DNA of 64,000 nt. It comes from a virus. Within the stretch, counting starts at the first letter, position 1; the number at the start of each line of letters is the position of its first letter. Positions 38,469 to 48,962 of this stretch are shown here, in pieces. The notes under the pieces are model-generated. The model saw only the letters and a list, made by a program, of their open reading frames with translations, searched no databases and was not told the DNA's origin. A program made the translations under genes and the position numbers. The stretch is from the IMG/VR virus record IMGVR_UViG_3300032285_003395, positions 33,666 to 97,665 of that record, one strand, 5' to 3'.

Positions 38469-38976
38469 TTATGAAGAAAACAAAGATAAGTTTTGGGAAG
38501 TAAATCCAGAGTTTAAATTTGTAGAACCTTATGCTAGTTTTTATAAATCAATTAAAGATAAAAAACTTACATCTAAATATATGTGGGCTATTTTTTTATT
38601 GTGTGATATTAATAGTCCTAAGTTAAGATTAAGAGATGATGAAAGAAGAGAAGAAATTAAAGTTTATTTTATTAAAGAAGATGACTTTGATTTTTCAAGA
38701 TTAGATGAATTAATATCAGCTTATTCTAAAACTGCTATGACAAAGATACAAAGAGAATTAAAGTCTTGGCAAGATAAGATTGAGGAAAGAAATAAATTTA
38801 TTGAAAGCCAAAAGTATAATGAAAGAACCTTTGAAATGTTAGATAAAATGATGAAGGAGTCTAAACCTATCTGGGAAGCTTTTGGTAAAATATATAAAGA
38901 GTATCAAGCAGAGAATATAGAGACAAGAGCTAGAGGTGGTAGACAAGAATCTTTTGCAGAAAAATTATTAAATTAA
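38440..38976 (+). CDS. Conserved protein upstream of TerL, possible terminase small subunit
   Basis: FWExNP...SKxMWAI...RARGGRQES; position; start set to the ATG at 38440. Confidence 0.45.
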   Translation: MDYCLIQNTNYEENKDKFWEVNPEFKFVEPYASFYKSIKDKKLTSKYMWAIFLLCDINSPKLRLRDDERREEIKVYFIKEDDFDFSRLDELISAYSKTAMTKIQRELKSWQDKIEERNKFIESQKYNERTFEMLDKMMKESKPIWEAFGKIYKEYQAENIETRARGGRQESFAEKLLN

Positions 38977-38999
38977 ACTTACACACAAAATAATAAATT

Positions 39000-39209
39000 A
39001 TGTATCCAGTAAATAAACCTAACAAATATAATACACCAAAACAAAGAGAAAGATTTGCACTAAAAGAAGGACAATACTTTTGGCTGTCTAGTGTAATGAA
39101 AACTTATAATAAAGAACAACAAGAAACTTATCAAAGAAACTTAGAGGAACAACAATTAAAAGAAACTCCTCAATTACTTGCAGAACAAACCAATGATAAT
39201 ACTAATTGA
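39000..39209 (+). CDS. Hypothetical protein
   Basis: ORF. Confidence 0.45.
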   Translation: MYPVNKPNKYNTPKQRERFALKEGQYFWLSSVMKTYNKEQQETYQRNLEEQQLKETPQLLAEQTNDNTN

Positions 39210-39411
39210 TACAGAAGATAAAATAATTGAAGTAGATCATACCTCAGAAAAAGTATTAACATTTAATACACTTGCAGAAGTATTAATGGTTTTTAATTCA
39301 TATAAACATATTTCTTTAAAAGATTATAAGAAGAATGTTGCTAAAGAAATTAGTAACTTAAAATATGATTTACATGATGTTAAACCTAAAGAACCTAATA
39401 TGAAAAAATAA
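39178..39411 (+). CDS. Hypothetical protein
   Basis: ORF coupled to TerL. Confidence 0.4.
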   Translation: MQNKPMIILIDTEDKIIEVDHTSEKVLTFNTLAEVLMVFNSYKHISLKDYKKNVAKEISNLKYDLHDVKPKEPNMKK

Positions 39412-41717
39412 TGCAAATAAATACAGATTTATTATTTCCTGTAATAGAAGATAATTCAGATTTTATTAAAGTACATCCAACACTACACCCAAGTAGTACA
39501 GCTTATGAATTATACTGGAAAGAAGAATTAAATAGATTAGTTTATGGCTATTGGGGTACAGAAAATACTAGTCAAGGAATAAGATATAGATATATTCCTC
39601 CACAACTTTATTACTTTATTAACTATCATACTATGATGGTTACAGTAAAAAAACAAAGGATTAAGAGTAGACCTTATTTATGGGATATAAATTATACCAT
39701 TATGAACCTTTGGTTTATTGCTAGAGGTTTTAGTGGTTTTAAAGATGATGATAATTATACTTGTAATTATACTGTATATTTAAAAGAACAAAGATTAAAG
39801 TATCCTAACAATCCAGATATACCTTTACATTTATTAGAAACACTAACTGATAATTGTTACAAAGAAGATGGTACATTAAAAGAATATATTGATCCATTAG
39901 AATACTTAAACTCTACACATAAAGAAAAATTAGGTATTCCTCTGTATGATAATTATTCTTATAACCTATTTTTATTTGGTTCAAGAGGGGGTGGTAAGTC
40001 TTTTATGGCATCAGCTATACTAGAGCATGAGTATTTAACTGATGGTGCTAAAACTTTAGAAGACTTTTTAGGTAAGAAAAATAAAGTAGAAATATTTTGT
40101 GGAGCACCTATTGCATCTAAATCTTCTGACTTACTAAATAAATTAAAAGACTCTTTTGATAATTTACCTGGAGAATATTCAGATGGTAGAGAGATGTTTC
40201 CTCCTCCATTCTCAAGACAAAGTTCTGGTACATTAAAAGTTGGTAACTCAAAAAATCCATATAGATTTCATTATGAAAAAAAGATTGGTAATACTGTTAA
40301 GCTAGTAGGTACTGGTACTTTATTAAAACATGAAACCTTTAAAGATAATAAACAAGCTGCAGTTGGAGGAAGGTATACTGTTATAGTAATAGAAGAGGTT
40401 GGTTTGGAAGAAAGCTTATTAACTATTCATGGAGCCAATAGATCTACACAAGACTTGGGTACAGGTAAATTCGGATCTTCATTATACATTGGTACATCAG
40501 GAGATGTAGACAAAGTTATTGAAACAGAGATTATATTTAGAGATCCTGAAGCTTATGACTTTTTAAGTTTTAATGATATTTATGAAGGTAGAAATAGGAT
40601 AGGATTTTTTCTTCCAGCTTATTATACTAATGAAATGTTTAAAGATAAGAATGGTAATACAGATGTAGCCAAGTCTTTAGAGTATGAAATGTATGAAAGA
40701 GAGAAAGCTAAGAAGGCAAATAATACAGTAGCTTATGATGAGTTAATAATGTCTAGACCTATTAAACCATCTGAAATGTTTTTATCCAGAACAGGAAATA
40801 AATTCCCTATTGCTATGCTTAGAGAAGTACAAGCAGATAATGATAGATTTCAATATAAAAAACATTTAAGAACTATTGGTAATTTAATTCCAGATAAAGA
40901 TTTAATTTATGGAGTTAGGTTTAAAGCTAATACAGATTTAAGACCAATAGATAGATTTCCTCATGATCAAAAAGGAGATTTAAAAGGTGCTTGGGAATTT
41001 TATGAACATCCACCTGCAGGTATTATACCATCTAATCTTTATAGAATAGTATATGACCCTATTAAAGATGAAGGTGGTGGTACATCATTAGCAGCTATTT
41101 ATGTATATAAATCTAATAATACTGTTGATGCTAATGGTAATGAAATAATAGCTTGGTGGGTAGGTAGATATGATATGCCAGATGAAATACATTTTCAATG
41201 TGTATTAGCTGCTAAATATTTTAATGCTCAAGTAATGTTTGAGAATAACATTATTGACTTTAAAAACTATTGTATGCGTACTGGTAACTATCATATATTA
41301 GCACCAACTCCAAAACAAATTATAGAAAAAGCTATTAAAGATCCTACATTAAAATATGATGTTGGAGTACCTATGACAGCTCCTCTTAAAGATTATTCAT
41401 TGAGATTGGCTCAACAATGGTTATTAGAAGATAAGAAAAAATATACAGAAGAATTAATTGATGGTACTAAGAGAGAAGTTATTATTAGAAACTTAAATAC
41501 TGTTAAAGATGATCTTCTTTTAGAGGAGTTAATACAATATAATAATAAAGGTAACTTTGACCGTGTGTCTGCATTTTTATTATTAATGCTTTGGATTGAG
41601 CAAGATAAAGAATTAGTAGTTATAGAGTCTGAAGAAATTGTTAAGAAAACAAGTACAGACTTTTATAAAGAATTGCATAATAATAGGTTAAAAAATAAAG
41701 TTTTAATAAATTATTAA
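39411..41717 (+). CDS. terL: Terminase large subunit (crAss-like)
   Basis: YYFINY, Walker A SRGGGKS, Walker B IEEVG, GTSG, nuclease DP...FENN...GNFDRVSA. Confidence 0.9.
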   Translation: MQINTDLLFPVIEDNSDFIKVHPTLHPSSTAYELYWKEELNRLVYGYWGTENTSQGIRYRYIPPQLYYFINYHTMMVTVKKQRIKSRPYLWDINYTIMNLWFIARGFSGFKDDDNYTCNYTVYLKEQRLKYPNNPDIPLHLLETLTDNCYKEDGTLKEYIDPLEYLNSTHKEKLGIPLYDNYSYNLFLFGSRGGGKSFMASAILEHEYLTDGAKTLEDFLGKKNKVEIFCGAPIASKSSDLLNKLKDSFDNLPGEYSDGREMFPPPFSRQSSGTLKVGNSKNPYRFHYEKKIGNTVKLVGTGTLLKHETFKDNKQAAVGGRYTVIVIEEVGLEESLLTIHGANRSTQDLGTGKFGSSLYIGTSGDVDKVIETEIIFRDPEAYDFLSFNDIYEGRNRIGFFLPAYYTNEMFKDKNGNTDVAKSLEYEMYEREKAKKANNTVAYDELIMSRPIKPSEMFLSRTGNKFPIAMLREVQADNDRFQYKKHLRTIGNLIPDKDLIYGVRFKANTDLRPIDRFPHDQKGDLKGAWEFYEHPPAGIIPSNLYRIVYDPIKDEGGGTSLAAIYVYKSNNTVDANGNEIIAWWVGRYDMPDEIHFQCVLAAKYFNAQVMFENNIIDFKNYCMRTGNYHILAPTPKQIIEKAIKDPTLKYDVGVPMTAPLKDYSLRLAQQWLLEDKKKYTEELIDGTKREVIIRNLNTVKDDLLLEELIQYNNKGNFDRVSAFLLLMLWIEQDKELVVIESEEIVKKTSTDFYKELHNNRLKNKVLINY

Positions 41718-41752
41718 TTTTTTTTTATATTTGCAATTTAAATTCATTTTGA

Positions 41753-44245
41753 ATGGTAGTAAGTGAAAATATAATTAGTAGTGTACTGTTGTCTCAACAA
41801 GGTACAGACAGGTATTCTTATAAGAAAAAGATAGAAGATAACTATGCTTGGGCTAGAGCCAAGATGGATTATTTTGCTAATCAATACAACTATTATAATG
41901 AAAGAAAAGAAAAGTTTAAAATAAATTATGAATTGTTTAATGGTAGAATGGACTTTGACAGTTACTTAGATACTGGTAAAGTTATATCTACTGAATTAGG
42001 AATTGATATTCCTGAAATGGAATTTAATAAGAGTGATTATATTCACTTCCCTATATTACAAACAGTACTACAAGATTTAGAAGGAGAAGAAATTAAAAGA
42101 CCTTTTAACTTAAGAGTAGTAACAACTAGTTCTAATAGTGAATCTGTTAGACAAAAAACCAGAAGAGATTTATTAGTTGAAAATACTGTTAAGATAGTTA
42201 GAGAAAAACTACTTAAAAAAATTCAACAAGAGAATGATAAAAAGTTAGAGGAAGCCAAAGCTAATATGGACCCTAACACAACTCCAGACTATGTTCAAAA
42301 GTTAGAAGAAATTCAACAAAGTTTAAATGATCAGATTGAGGAAACAATGCATAGAATGACTCCTCCTGAAGTAGAAACTTATATGGCAACTAACTTTAGA
42401 CTTCCAGAAGAAAAGTTAACAGATGAAATCTTACAGTATCATATAAGAACTGATAGATTAAAGTTTGTATTTGATAAAGGTTGGAAAGATGTTATTATTA
42501 CTGGTGAAGAAGTTTATTGGACTGGTGAATGGAATGGTAAACCTATTATTAAAGTATGTAATCCTTTATACTTTAATTATTCTAAATCAAAAGATTTAGA
42601 TTACTTAGATGAATCAGATTGGTGTACTTATGATGAGTATCTTTCTATATATGAAATATACCAACACTTTGGTAACTTAATTACAGAAGAAGAAAGAGAA
42701 GTGTTAGATAAATATGAATCTACATTAAACTCTCCAGGTGATTCTAAAGTATGGGAAGTTATTCCTAATGCTATTATGAATCCTACCAATGTAGAAACTA
42801 CACCATCTTGGTTAGATCCTTGGCAAGATGATTACAATGATAATTACAAAACAAGAAGAATAAGAGTAACTCACGTTGTTTGGAAAACTCTTAAGAAGAT
42901 TAAATATATTTATAGATTAAATGAGAATGGTACTTTAGAAAAAAATATAGTTGATGAAACTTATGTTTTTGACAAATCTAAAGATATTAAACAAGAAACT
43001 CTTTGGATACCAGAATACTGGCAAGGATATAAAATATTTACACATCCAAAGATTTATTTAAAGATAGAACCTATTCCTAATCAATATAGAGATATTGATA
43101 ATCCTTTTCAAATTAGAGGACCATATACAGGAACTGTTTACTCTGCTAGAAACTCTGCACCTATTTCAATAACAGACTTGGGAAAACCATGGCAATTTTT
43201 ATATAATGTAATTGTCAACCAGATTATTGAAATTATGAAAACTGATATAGGTAATATCTTATTAGGATTACAAGAACAAATTCCTAAGGATTTAACACCT
43301 ACTCAATGGATGACTTATATTAAGAAATTTAAAGTAGCTTTGATTAGTGCTTCAAGAGATGGAGACTTAAGAAGTATGGGTATAGATCCACAATATTGGA
43401 AAACTATTAATCTATCTCATACACAAGATATTGCACAAAAATTAAACCTATTAGATTATATTGAAAGAAAAATGACTCAATCAATGAGTTATAACCCTGC
43501 TAGATTAGGTATGCAATCTCCTTATGAAAGTGTGGGTAACAATCAACAAAATTTAATACAGTCTTCTAATCAAACAGAAAAGTGGTTTTATATGCACAAT
43601 TATGTAAAAGAAAGAACTACTGAAAACTTTATTGAAATATGTAAAGTTATTTATAAAGAAAATCCTTTAAGAGCTTCTTATATACTTTCAGATCTTAGTG
43701 TAGCCACATTAAATACAGATCTTGCAAACTTTGCTAACTATAATTACAAAGTATATATTACCAATACATTAAAAGATACAGAAGTTATTTCTCAATTAAA
43801 GAGTTTAATACAACCTATTATTCAAAATAGTGGAGGTGATTTAAGAGTAGTTAGTGAAATTTTAACTTCTGAGAATGCTACAGAGATTAAAAATATTATT
43901 AACAAGATACAAGAAGAAAAAGAATTGAAGCAAGATCAAATGCAAAAAGAACAACAGCAACAACAAATGCAAATGCAACAAATGCAAATACAAATGCAAC
44001 AACAAAAGATGGCATTTGAAAAACAAATTGCTGATGATAAAAATGCAACTACTTTAAAGGCTGCTGATATAAGTGCATCTAGATTTGCTGCTATGAATGA
44101 TGTTAATCAAAACAAAGAAAATGATTTGATTGAGTTAGAAAAATTAAAGGAAGAGAATAGTTTAAAAAACAATATAGAAGCTGAGAAATTAAAACAAATT
44201 GAGTTACAAAATAAAAAATTAGAAAAAGAAATAAAAGTTATTTAA
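41753..44245 (+). CDS. Portal protein
   Basis: 830 aa directly after TerL; NYELFNG, LEGEEIKRPF, WIPEYWQG; Gln-rich barrel region. Confidence 0.85.
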   Translation: MVVSENIISSVLLSQQGTDRYSYKKKIEDNYAWARAKMDYFANQYNYYNERKEKFKINYELFNGRMDFDSYLDTGKVISTELGIDIPEMEFNKSDYIHFPILQTVLQDLEGEEIKRPFNLRVVTTSSNSESVRQKTRRDLLVENTVKIVREKLLKKIQQENDKKLEEAKANMDPNTTPDYVQKLEEIQQSLNDQIEETMHRMTPPEVETYMATNFRLPEEKLTDEILQYHIRTDRLKFVFDKGWKDVIITGEEVYWTGEWNGKPIIKVCNPLYFNYSKSKDLDYLDESDWCTYDEYLSIYEIYQHFGNLITEEEREVLDKYESTLNSPGDSKVWEVIPNAIMNPTNVETTPSWLDPWQDDYNDNYKTRRIRVTHVVWKTLKKIKYIYRLNENGTLEKNIVDETYVFDKSKDIKQETLWIPEYWQGYKIFTHPKIYLKIEPIPNQYRDIDNPFQIRGPYTGTVYSARNSAPISITDLGKPWQFLYNVIVNQIIEIMKTDIGNILLGLQEQIPKDLTPTQWMTYIKKFKVALISASRDGDLRSMGIDPQYWKTINLSHTQDIAQKLNLLDYIERKMTQSMSYNPARLGMQSPYESVGNNQQNLIQSSNQTEKWFYMHNYVKERTTENFIEICKVIYKENPLRASYILSDLSVATLNTDLANFANYNYKVYITNTLKDTEVISQLKSLIQPIIQNSGGDLRVVSEILTSENATEIKNIINKIQEEKELKQDQMQKEQQQQQMQMQQMQIQMQQQKMAFEKQIADDKNATTLKAADISASRFAAMNDVNQNKENDLIELEKLKEENSLKNNIEAEKLKQIELQNKKLEKEIKVI

Positions 44246-44403
44246 TTCTAAAATATAATTTTTTAAATTTGTAAAGCCTTATAAACAAAGAGTTTATTTT
44301 AAAATTTTTAATTTATTAAAAAAATAAATTAAAAAATAAAATAATTTTTTTTGAATTTTGCAGTACAAAACAATTAATTTTTACCCACATAAAACAATAT
44401 AAT

Positions 44404-45528
44404 ATGCAAGAAAACAGTTTGGATTTTGAGATCCTAGAATTTAATGATAATATTATCAATGATGATAATCTTACAGACAAAATAGATTCAATTAATGAGT
44501 TTGAATCAGACTCTGAAGAAGAAGAAACTGAAAATGATTTAATTAATCCTGAGTTAGTTGATGAAGAAAATTTAGATGAGTTAGATCTTTCAGATGAAGA
44601 AAAGTCTACCATTCTAAATAAAAAGAATAAAGATAAAAAAATAGAAGAAGAATTTAATTCTGATTCTGATGATGAAGATGATGAAGAAGTAAATCCTTTA
44701 AAAGTATTTGCTTCAGAGCTAGCAGAAAAAAGACTATTAAATTTACCAGAGGATTGGGATGGTGATGAAGATGCTTTGTTTGAGGCTTATGAAAATACAG
44801 TTGAAGACAGAGCTTTACAAATGGTGAAACAAGCTTACAAAGTTGATGATCCAAAAGTAGATGGCGTTCTTAAATTTTTAAAAAATGGTGGAGATATAAA
44901 TGAATATATTTCTACTTACGAACAAACAAACTGGGTTGATGTAAACATTGAAGATGAAGATAATGCAACTGCATTAGTAAAAAATTATCTTTTAAATGTA
45001 AAAGGTTTGGATGAAGAGGAGTCTGAAGAATTGGTAGAAGGTTATAAAGAAAAAGGAAAACTATTTAACCAAGCTAGTAAAATTCAATCAGAACTACAAA
45101 GCTTTAGAGAAACACAACAACAAAAGTTAATTGAATCTCAAGAAGAATATATGAAACTTCAAAGAGAACAATATGTAAAAACAGTTTCTAAGATTAGAGA
45201 AGTTATTAAATCTGGAAAAAGTAATAATGTAGTTATTGCTAAAAATGAAAAAAGTAACTTTGAAGATTTTATCTTTTCTCCATTAGATATTAAAAATGAT
45301 AAAGGAGATGTTGTAGGAAACTCAACAGGATTTAAAAAAGTATTAAATGAATATTTATCAGATCCTGAAAAGATGGTAGCATTAGCTTATAAACTATATG
45401 AAGGACTATCTGATAAATCTGATAAAATAGAAGTTGAAAGTAGGGTTAAAAGTAGACTAGCTGAAACTTTAAAAAAGAAGTCTGGTAAACAAAAACCTGA
45501 GACAATTAAATTAGAATTCATAAATTAA
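44404..45528 (+). CDS. Acidic scaffold-like protein
   Basis: Very D/E-rich N-terminus; between portal and MCP. Confidence 0.6.
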   Translation: MQENSLDFEILEFNDNIINDDNLTDKIDSINEFESDSEEEETENDLINPELVDEENLDELDLSDEEKSTILNKKNKDKKIEEEFNSDSDDEDDEEVNPLKVFASELAEKRLLNLPEDWDGDEDALFEAYENTVEDRALQMVKQAYKVDDPKVDGVLKFLKNGGDINEYISTYEQTNWVDVNIEDEDNATALVKNYLLNVKGLDEEESEELVEGYKEKGKLFNQASKIQSELQSFRETQQQKLIESQEEYMKLQREQYVKTVSKIREVIKSGKSNNVVIAKNEKSNFEDFIFSPLDIKNDKGDVVGNSTGFKKVLNEYLSDPEKMVALAYKLYEGLSDKSDKIEVESRVKSRLAETLKKKSGKQKPETIKLEFIN

Positions 45529-45559
45529 AATATTCAAAAAAAAATAAAATTAAACTAAC

Positions 45560-47137
45560 ATGAAATTATCACAAAGTAAATTCGGTATTATAAAAGCACC
45601 TATGCTTACGGGAGATCGTAACTGGGGTATGAATTATACCAATCTAAATAACCTTTACCAAGCAGGTCTTATTAAGACTGATGTAGAGGCTTTGGGTGGT
45701 ATGGGTCAATTGGCTTCTATGAAAACATTGTTTGATGGAACATCTCCATTATTGGAACTTGCACAAGGTGCTGATGTTATCACTGTAGAGGGTAACAAAG
45801 TAGAGTGGGAGTTCATGGTATCTGGTTACAGACCAGCTCTATTGATTGAAGACGTTGAGCCTTCTAACACTACAAAAGGTATTGCTCAAAGACCTTTTAA
45901 AATTAAAATTGATTTGGGTACTTATGTTGAAGGAGATACTTTGGTATTTACAGATAGTAAAAAATTCAACATGCGTGTAATGTCTGCAGGTCAAAAAGAT
46001 GGATCAGCTACAGTTTATACTGTTAAGTTGATGACTGATGATCCGACATTATTTGTACCAACTGATCTATTTGTTATTGGATCAAGAATTATGAAAATGG
46101 CTTCTACTTATTCTGAGGCATCTGTTAAAGGTGGTTCAATGAGTGTTGATTCAATCGGAAAAATTAAATTCCGTTCTGGTCTTTCTAGATTTAGAAAACA
46201 ATATCAAATGACAGGAGATGCTGCTCAAAGAAAATTGAATGGTAATTTGACTGAGGCTGACTTGTTGATCCTTGCAGGAAGAAAACAAGGTGAGTCTGTT
46301 GATTCATTCCAAAAAAGAATTGTTGCTGCTATGAATACTAAAAACAAAGGTAATATGTATATTACTTCAGTAGCAGAGGTTAAATTCAACAAAGAGTTTG
46401 AAATGGAAAAAGAACTTCACTTGATGTATCAAAGAAGTACTTCTACAGTTGTTGATGATTCTACAGGATACTATGTAAACCAAGGACCAGGTCTTCAAGA
46501 AATTCTAGAAGATGGATACAGAGAATACTATAACACTTTCTCTATTGGTTTGATCAAAGATTTCTTGACAGATATTTTCTTTGGTAGAGTTGCTTATGAC
46601 CAACGTAATGTTGTAATGTGGACTGGTGAGATTGGATTGAGAAAATTTGACGAAGCTATCAACCAAATTACACAAGGATACTTCAAAGATATGAAAGACT
46701 ATTTCATCAAAACTGATGGAACTTCATTGGTACCAGGTGGACCAAAAGGATTGTCTTACACTGAAACTCCTTGGACACAATATACATTGAAATTTGGAGG
46801 TTCATTGACAGTTATGCACATGAAAGCTTATGATGACGTTACATTTAACACTATACTTGATGAAAATGGTTACCCAGCTGAATCTTCAAGATTTACATTT
46901 GTAAACTATGGTTTGGGAGATGGTTTTGGTAAAAACATTTCTTACTTGAAATCTACAAGAAATGCAGCTTATGGTTACACAGGTGGTTTGTCAAACCCTT
47001 ATGGAAATAACCAAGGTGCAATGATGTCTCACGCAGGTGACTTCTGGACAGTTCATAGAATGGAAGATGCAGGTATCATGGTTAAAGATGTTACTAAATG
47101 TGGTGAGCTTATTCCAGCTGTATTGAGAGGAAAATAA
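45560..47137 (+). CDS. Major capsid protein (crAss-like HK97 fold)
   Basis: Synteny, 525 aa, GPGLQE and WTGEIG motifs, highly-expressed codon bias, strong terminator. Confidence 0.85.
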   Translation: MKLSQSKFGIIKAPMLTGDRNWGMNYTNLNNLYQAGLIKTDVEALGGMGQLASMKTLFDGTSPLLELAQGADVITVEGNKVEWEFMVSGYRPALLIEDVEPSNTTKGIAQRPFKIKIDLGTYVEGDTLVFTDSKKFNMRVMSAGQKDGSATVYTVKLMTDDPTLFVPTDLFVIGSRIMKMASTYSEASVKGGSMSVDSIGKIKFRSGLSRFRKQYQMTGDAAQRKLNGNLTEADLLILAGRKQGESVDSFQKRIVAAMNTKNKGNMYITSVAEVKFNKEFEMEKELHLMYQRSTSTVVDDSTGYYVNQGPGLQEILEDGYREYYNTFSIGLIKDFLTDIFFGRVAYDQRNVVMWTGEIGLRKFDEAINQITQGYFKDMKDYFIKTDGTSLVPGGPKGLSYTETPWTQYTLKFGGSLTVMHMKAYDDVTFNTILDENGYPAESSRFTFVNYGLGDGFGKNISYLKSTRNAAYGYTGGLSNPYGNNQGAMMSHAGDFWTVHRMEDAGIMVKDVTKCGELIPAVLRGK

Positions 47138-47151
47138 TTAACTTAGGCTTT

Positions 47152-47185
47152 AGGGTATGAGCCACCTAATCATACCCTTTTTTTT
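47152..47185 (+). terminator. Intrinsic terminator after MCP
   Basis: AGGGTATGA...TCATACCCT followed by a T-tract. Confidence 0.85.
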
Positions 47186-47309
47186 CTACAACAAGTAGAA
47201 GGATAGCAGGAGGGAGGTAAGGATCTCTAGGTACAAAAAAACCAAATTAACCAGTTCGAGTCTGAGTCATTGCTACTATTTTTAAACACACAAACAAAAA
47301 TAATACAAT

Positions 47310-48227
47310 ATGTCAAACACACAAACAAGACCACAAAAAGTAAAAATTTACCCCAATATTTTAAAGAATAAACATTGGCAAGTAAATATAGATCCATCTT
47401 ATAGACAAATAGGTGAGACTTACGCATTCTTAGCTAATAGTAATACTATAAGACCTAATTTTGATAAAGTTACTTATCAATATGTATTAGGACCAATTAA
47501 TGCAAGATATACTCCAGAAGAGATAAATACATTGGTTAAAAAACTTGGATTTAATGATGAAGTTACAGGTGCAAAAATCCAAAGTTCAGATCCAACAAAT
47601 AGATTGGATCCCTTCTTTACAAATAGAAGTTGTAAAGCTAAATTAGGTAGAGATGTTGCATTGCTAGATTTAAGAAATCCTTTGGATGAACTTACCTATG
47701 CAATAATGAGTGCAGATCCTATGACAATTATTGGAGAAAATAATTTGTCTAAACATCCAACAGCAGAGTGGATTATTGCAGATGAAGAAGCAGATGCAGT
47801 AATAAGAGAAAGTAAAAGAGAAAGAAGTAGTAAACTTCACACTAGATTTGAAGCTCTTACTAAATCTCAAAAAAGAAACATGGCTACTGCCCTTGGAATT
47901 AAATTAACAGGAGAAGAAAAAGATGTTATTGTAGAAGATTTATTATATTCTAAAATTACAGAAAATAGTTCTAAAGATACATTATCATCAATACAAGATT
48001 TATTCTTAGAGCTTTCTGATCCTAAAAATAAAGCAAAACTTGAATTAACTGTTACAGTAGAAAAGTTATTTCAATATGCTGTATTAAGAAAAGAAAACAC
48101 AAAAGTATTATTTAATGGAGAGCAACTTTCAACAGATACAATAAATATTGTAGACTTTTTATCAAAGCCTGAAAACTCTGCATTATTATTAACTTTGGAA
48201 GAAGCTTTAAAAGCTAAGATGAAATAA
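47310..48227 (+). CDS. Conserved post-capsid protein
   Basis: LDLRNPLD motif; crAss-like synteny. Confidence 0.55.
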   Translation: MSNTQTRPQKVKIYPNILKNKHWQVNIDPSYRQIGETYAFLANSNTIRPNFDKVTYQYVLGPINARYTPEEINTLVKKLGFNDEVTGAKIQSSDPTNRLDPFFTNRSCKAKLGRDVALLDLRNPLDELTYAIMSADPMTIIGENNLSKHPTAEWIIADEEADAVIRESKRERSSKLHTRFEALTKSQKRNMATALGIKLTGEEKDVIVEDLLYSKITENSSKDTLSSIQDLFLELSDPKNKAKLELTVTVEKLFQYAVLRKENTKVLFNGEQLSTDTINIVDFLSKPENSALLLTLEEALKAKMK

Positions 48228-48934
48228 TGTATTCAATAAAAGAAGCTCATTACAAATTTAAACAACACGCTAATAAAGTAGATGGACTTAGAAATGCAAA
48301 CTTTCTAATCCCTCAAATAGATGAATATCTTTGGGAAGCTTATATTATTTATGTTGAAAATATATGTGAGCAACTAGAGTTAAATCAAAAGAGAAGAGAT
48401 GATATTAGGCAACTTGAAGTTAAAGACCTTGAGTTGCCAGTCACTCAAGTAACTAATAATTATTATACAGTAGATTTACCTGATAATTATTATAGACATT
48501 TAGAATCATATTCTCTGTGTTCTAAACCTCCATGCACAAATAAAAAACAAATAAAACATTATATTGTCAGAAAAGATGATATATATAAAACAGATCCAAT
48601 GTTTGATCCATCATTTACTTTTGAAAGAGTAAACATGGATATATCAGGAAATAAATTATATCTATACTATACTGATTTTATAATAGAAAAAATATATCTT
48701 TCCTATGTTAGGAAACCATTAAGACCTGGTAACCCAGATGATTTTATTAATGGTGGAGGAAAATATAATCTTCCAGATGGTACACCAGCGGTACAAAGAG
48801 ATATAGAAATTGACTCTACATTTCAAGCAAATAAAATTATAGACATTGCAGTATTAGTTGCAATGAGAGATGTAGGAAATACAATTGATTTTGAATCTCA
48901 ACTAAATAAAATTTTACAAATTTCAAAAATATAA
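48227..48934 (+). CDS. Tail ring / head-tail connector protein
   Basis: IDxYL..A, LPxNY, YVRKP, IIDIAV; synteny. Confidence 0.6.
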   Translation: MYSIKEAHYKFKQHANKVDGLRNANFLIPQIDEYLWEAYIIYVENICEQLELNQKRRDDIRQLEVKDLELPVTQVTNNYYTVDLPDNYYRHLESYSLCSKPPCTNKKQIKHYIVRKDDIYKTDPMFDPSFTFERVNMDISGNKLYLYYTDFIIEKIYLSYVRKPLRPGNPDDFINGGGKYNLPDGTPAVQRDIEIDSTFQANKIIDIAVLVAMRDVGNTIDFESQLNKILQISKI

Positions 48935-48962
48935 TCTTTAAACAACTTTAAAATATTAAATT

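Noticed and set aside
43930-44010. CAA/ATG-rich repeat in the portal gene
   Set aside because: Encodes the Gln/Met-rich coiled coil common in podophage portals.
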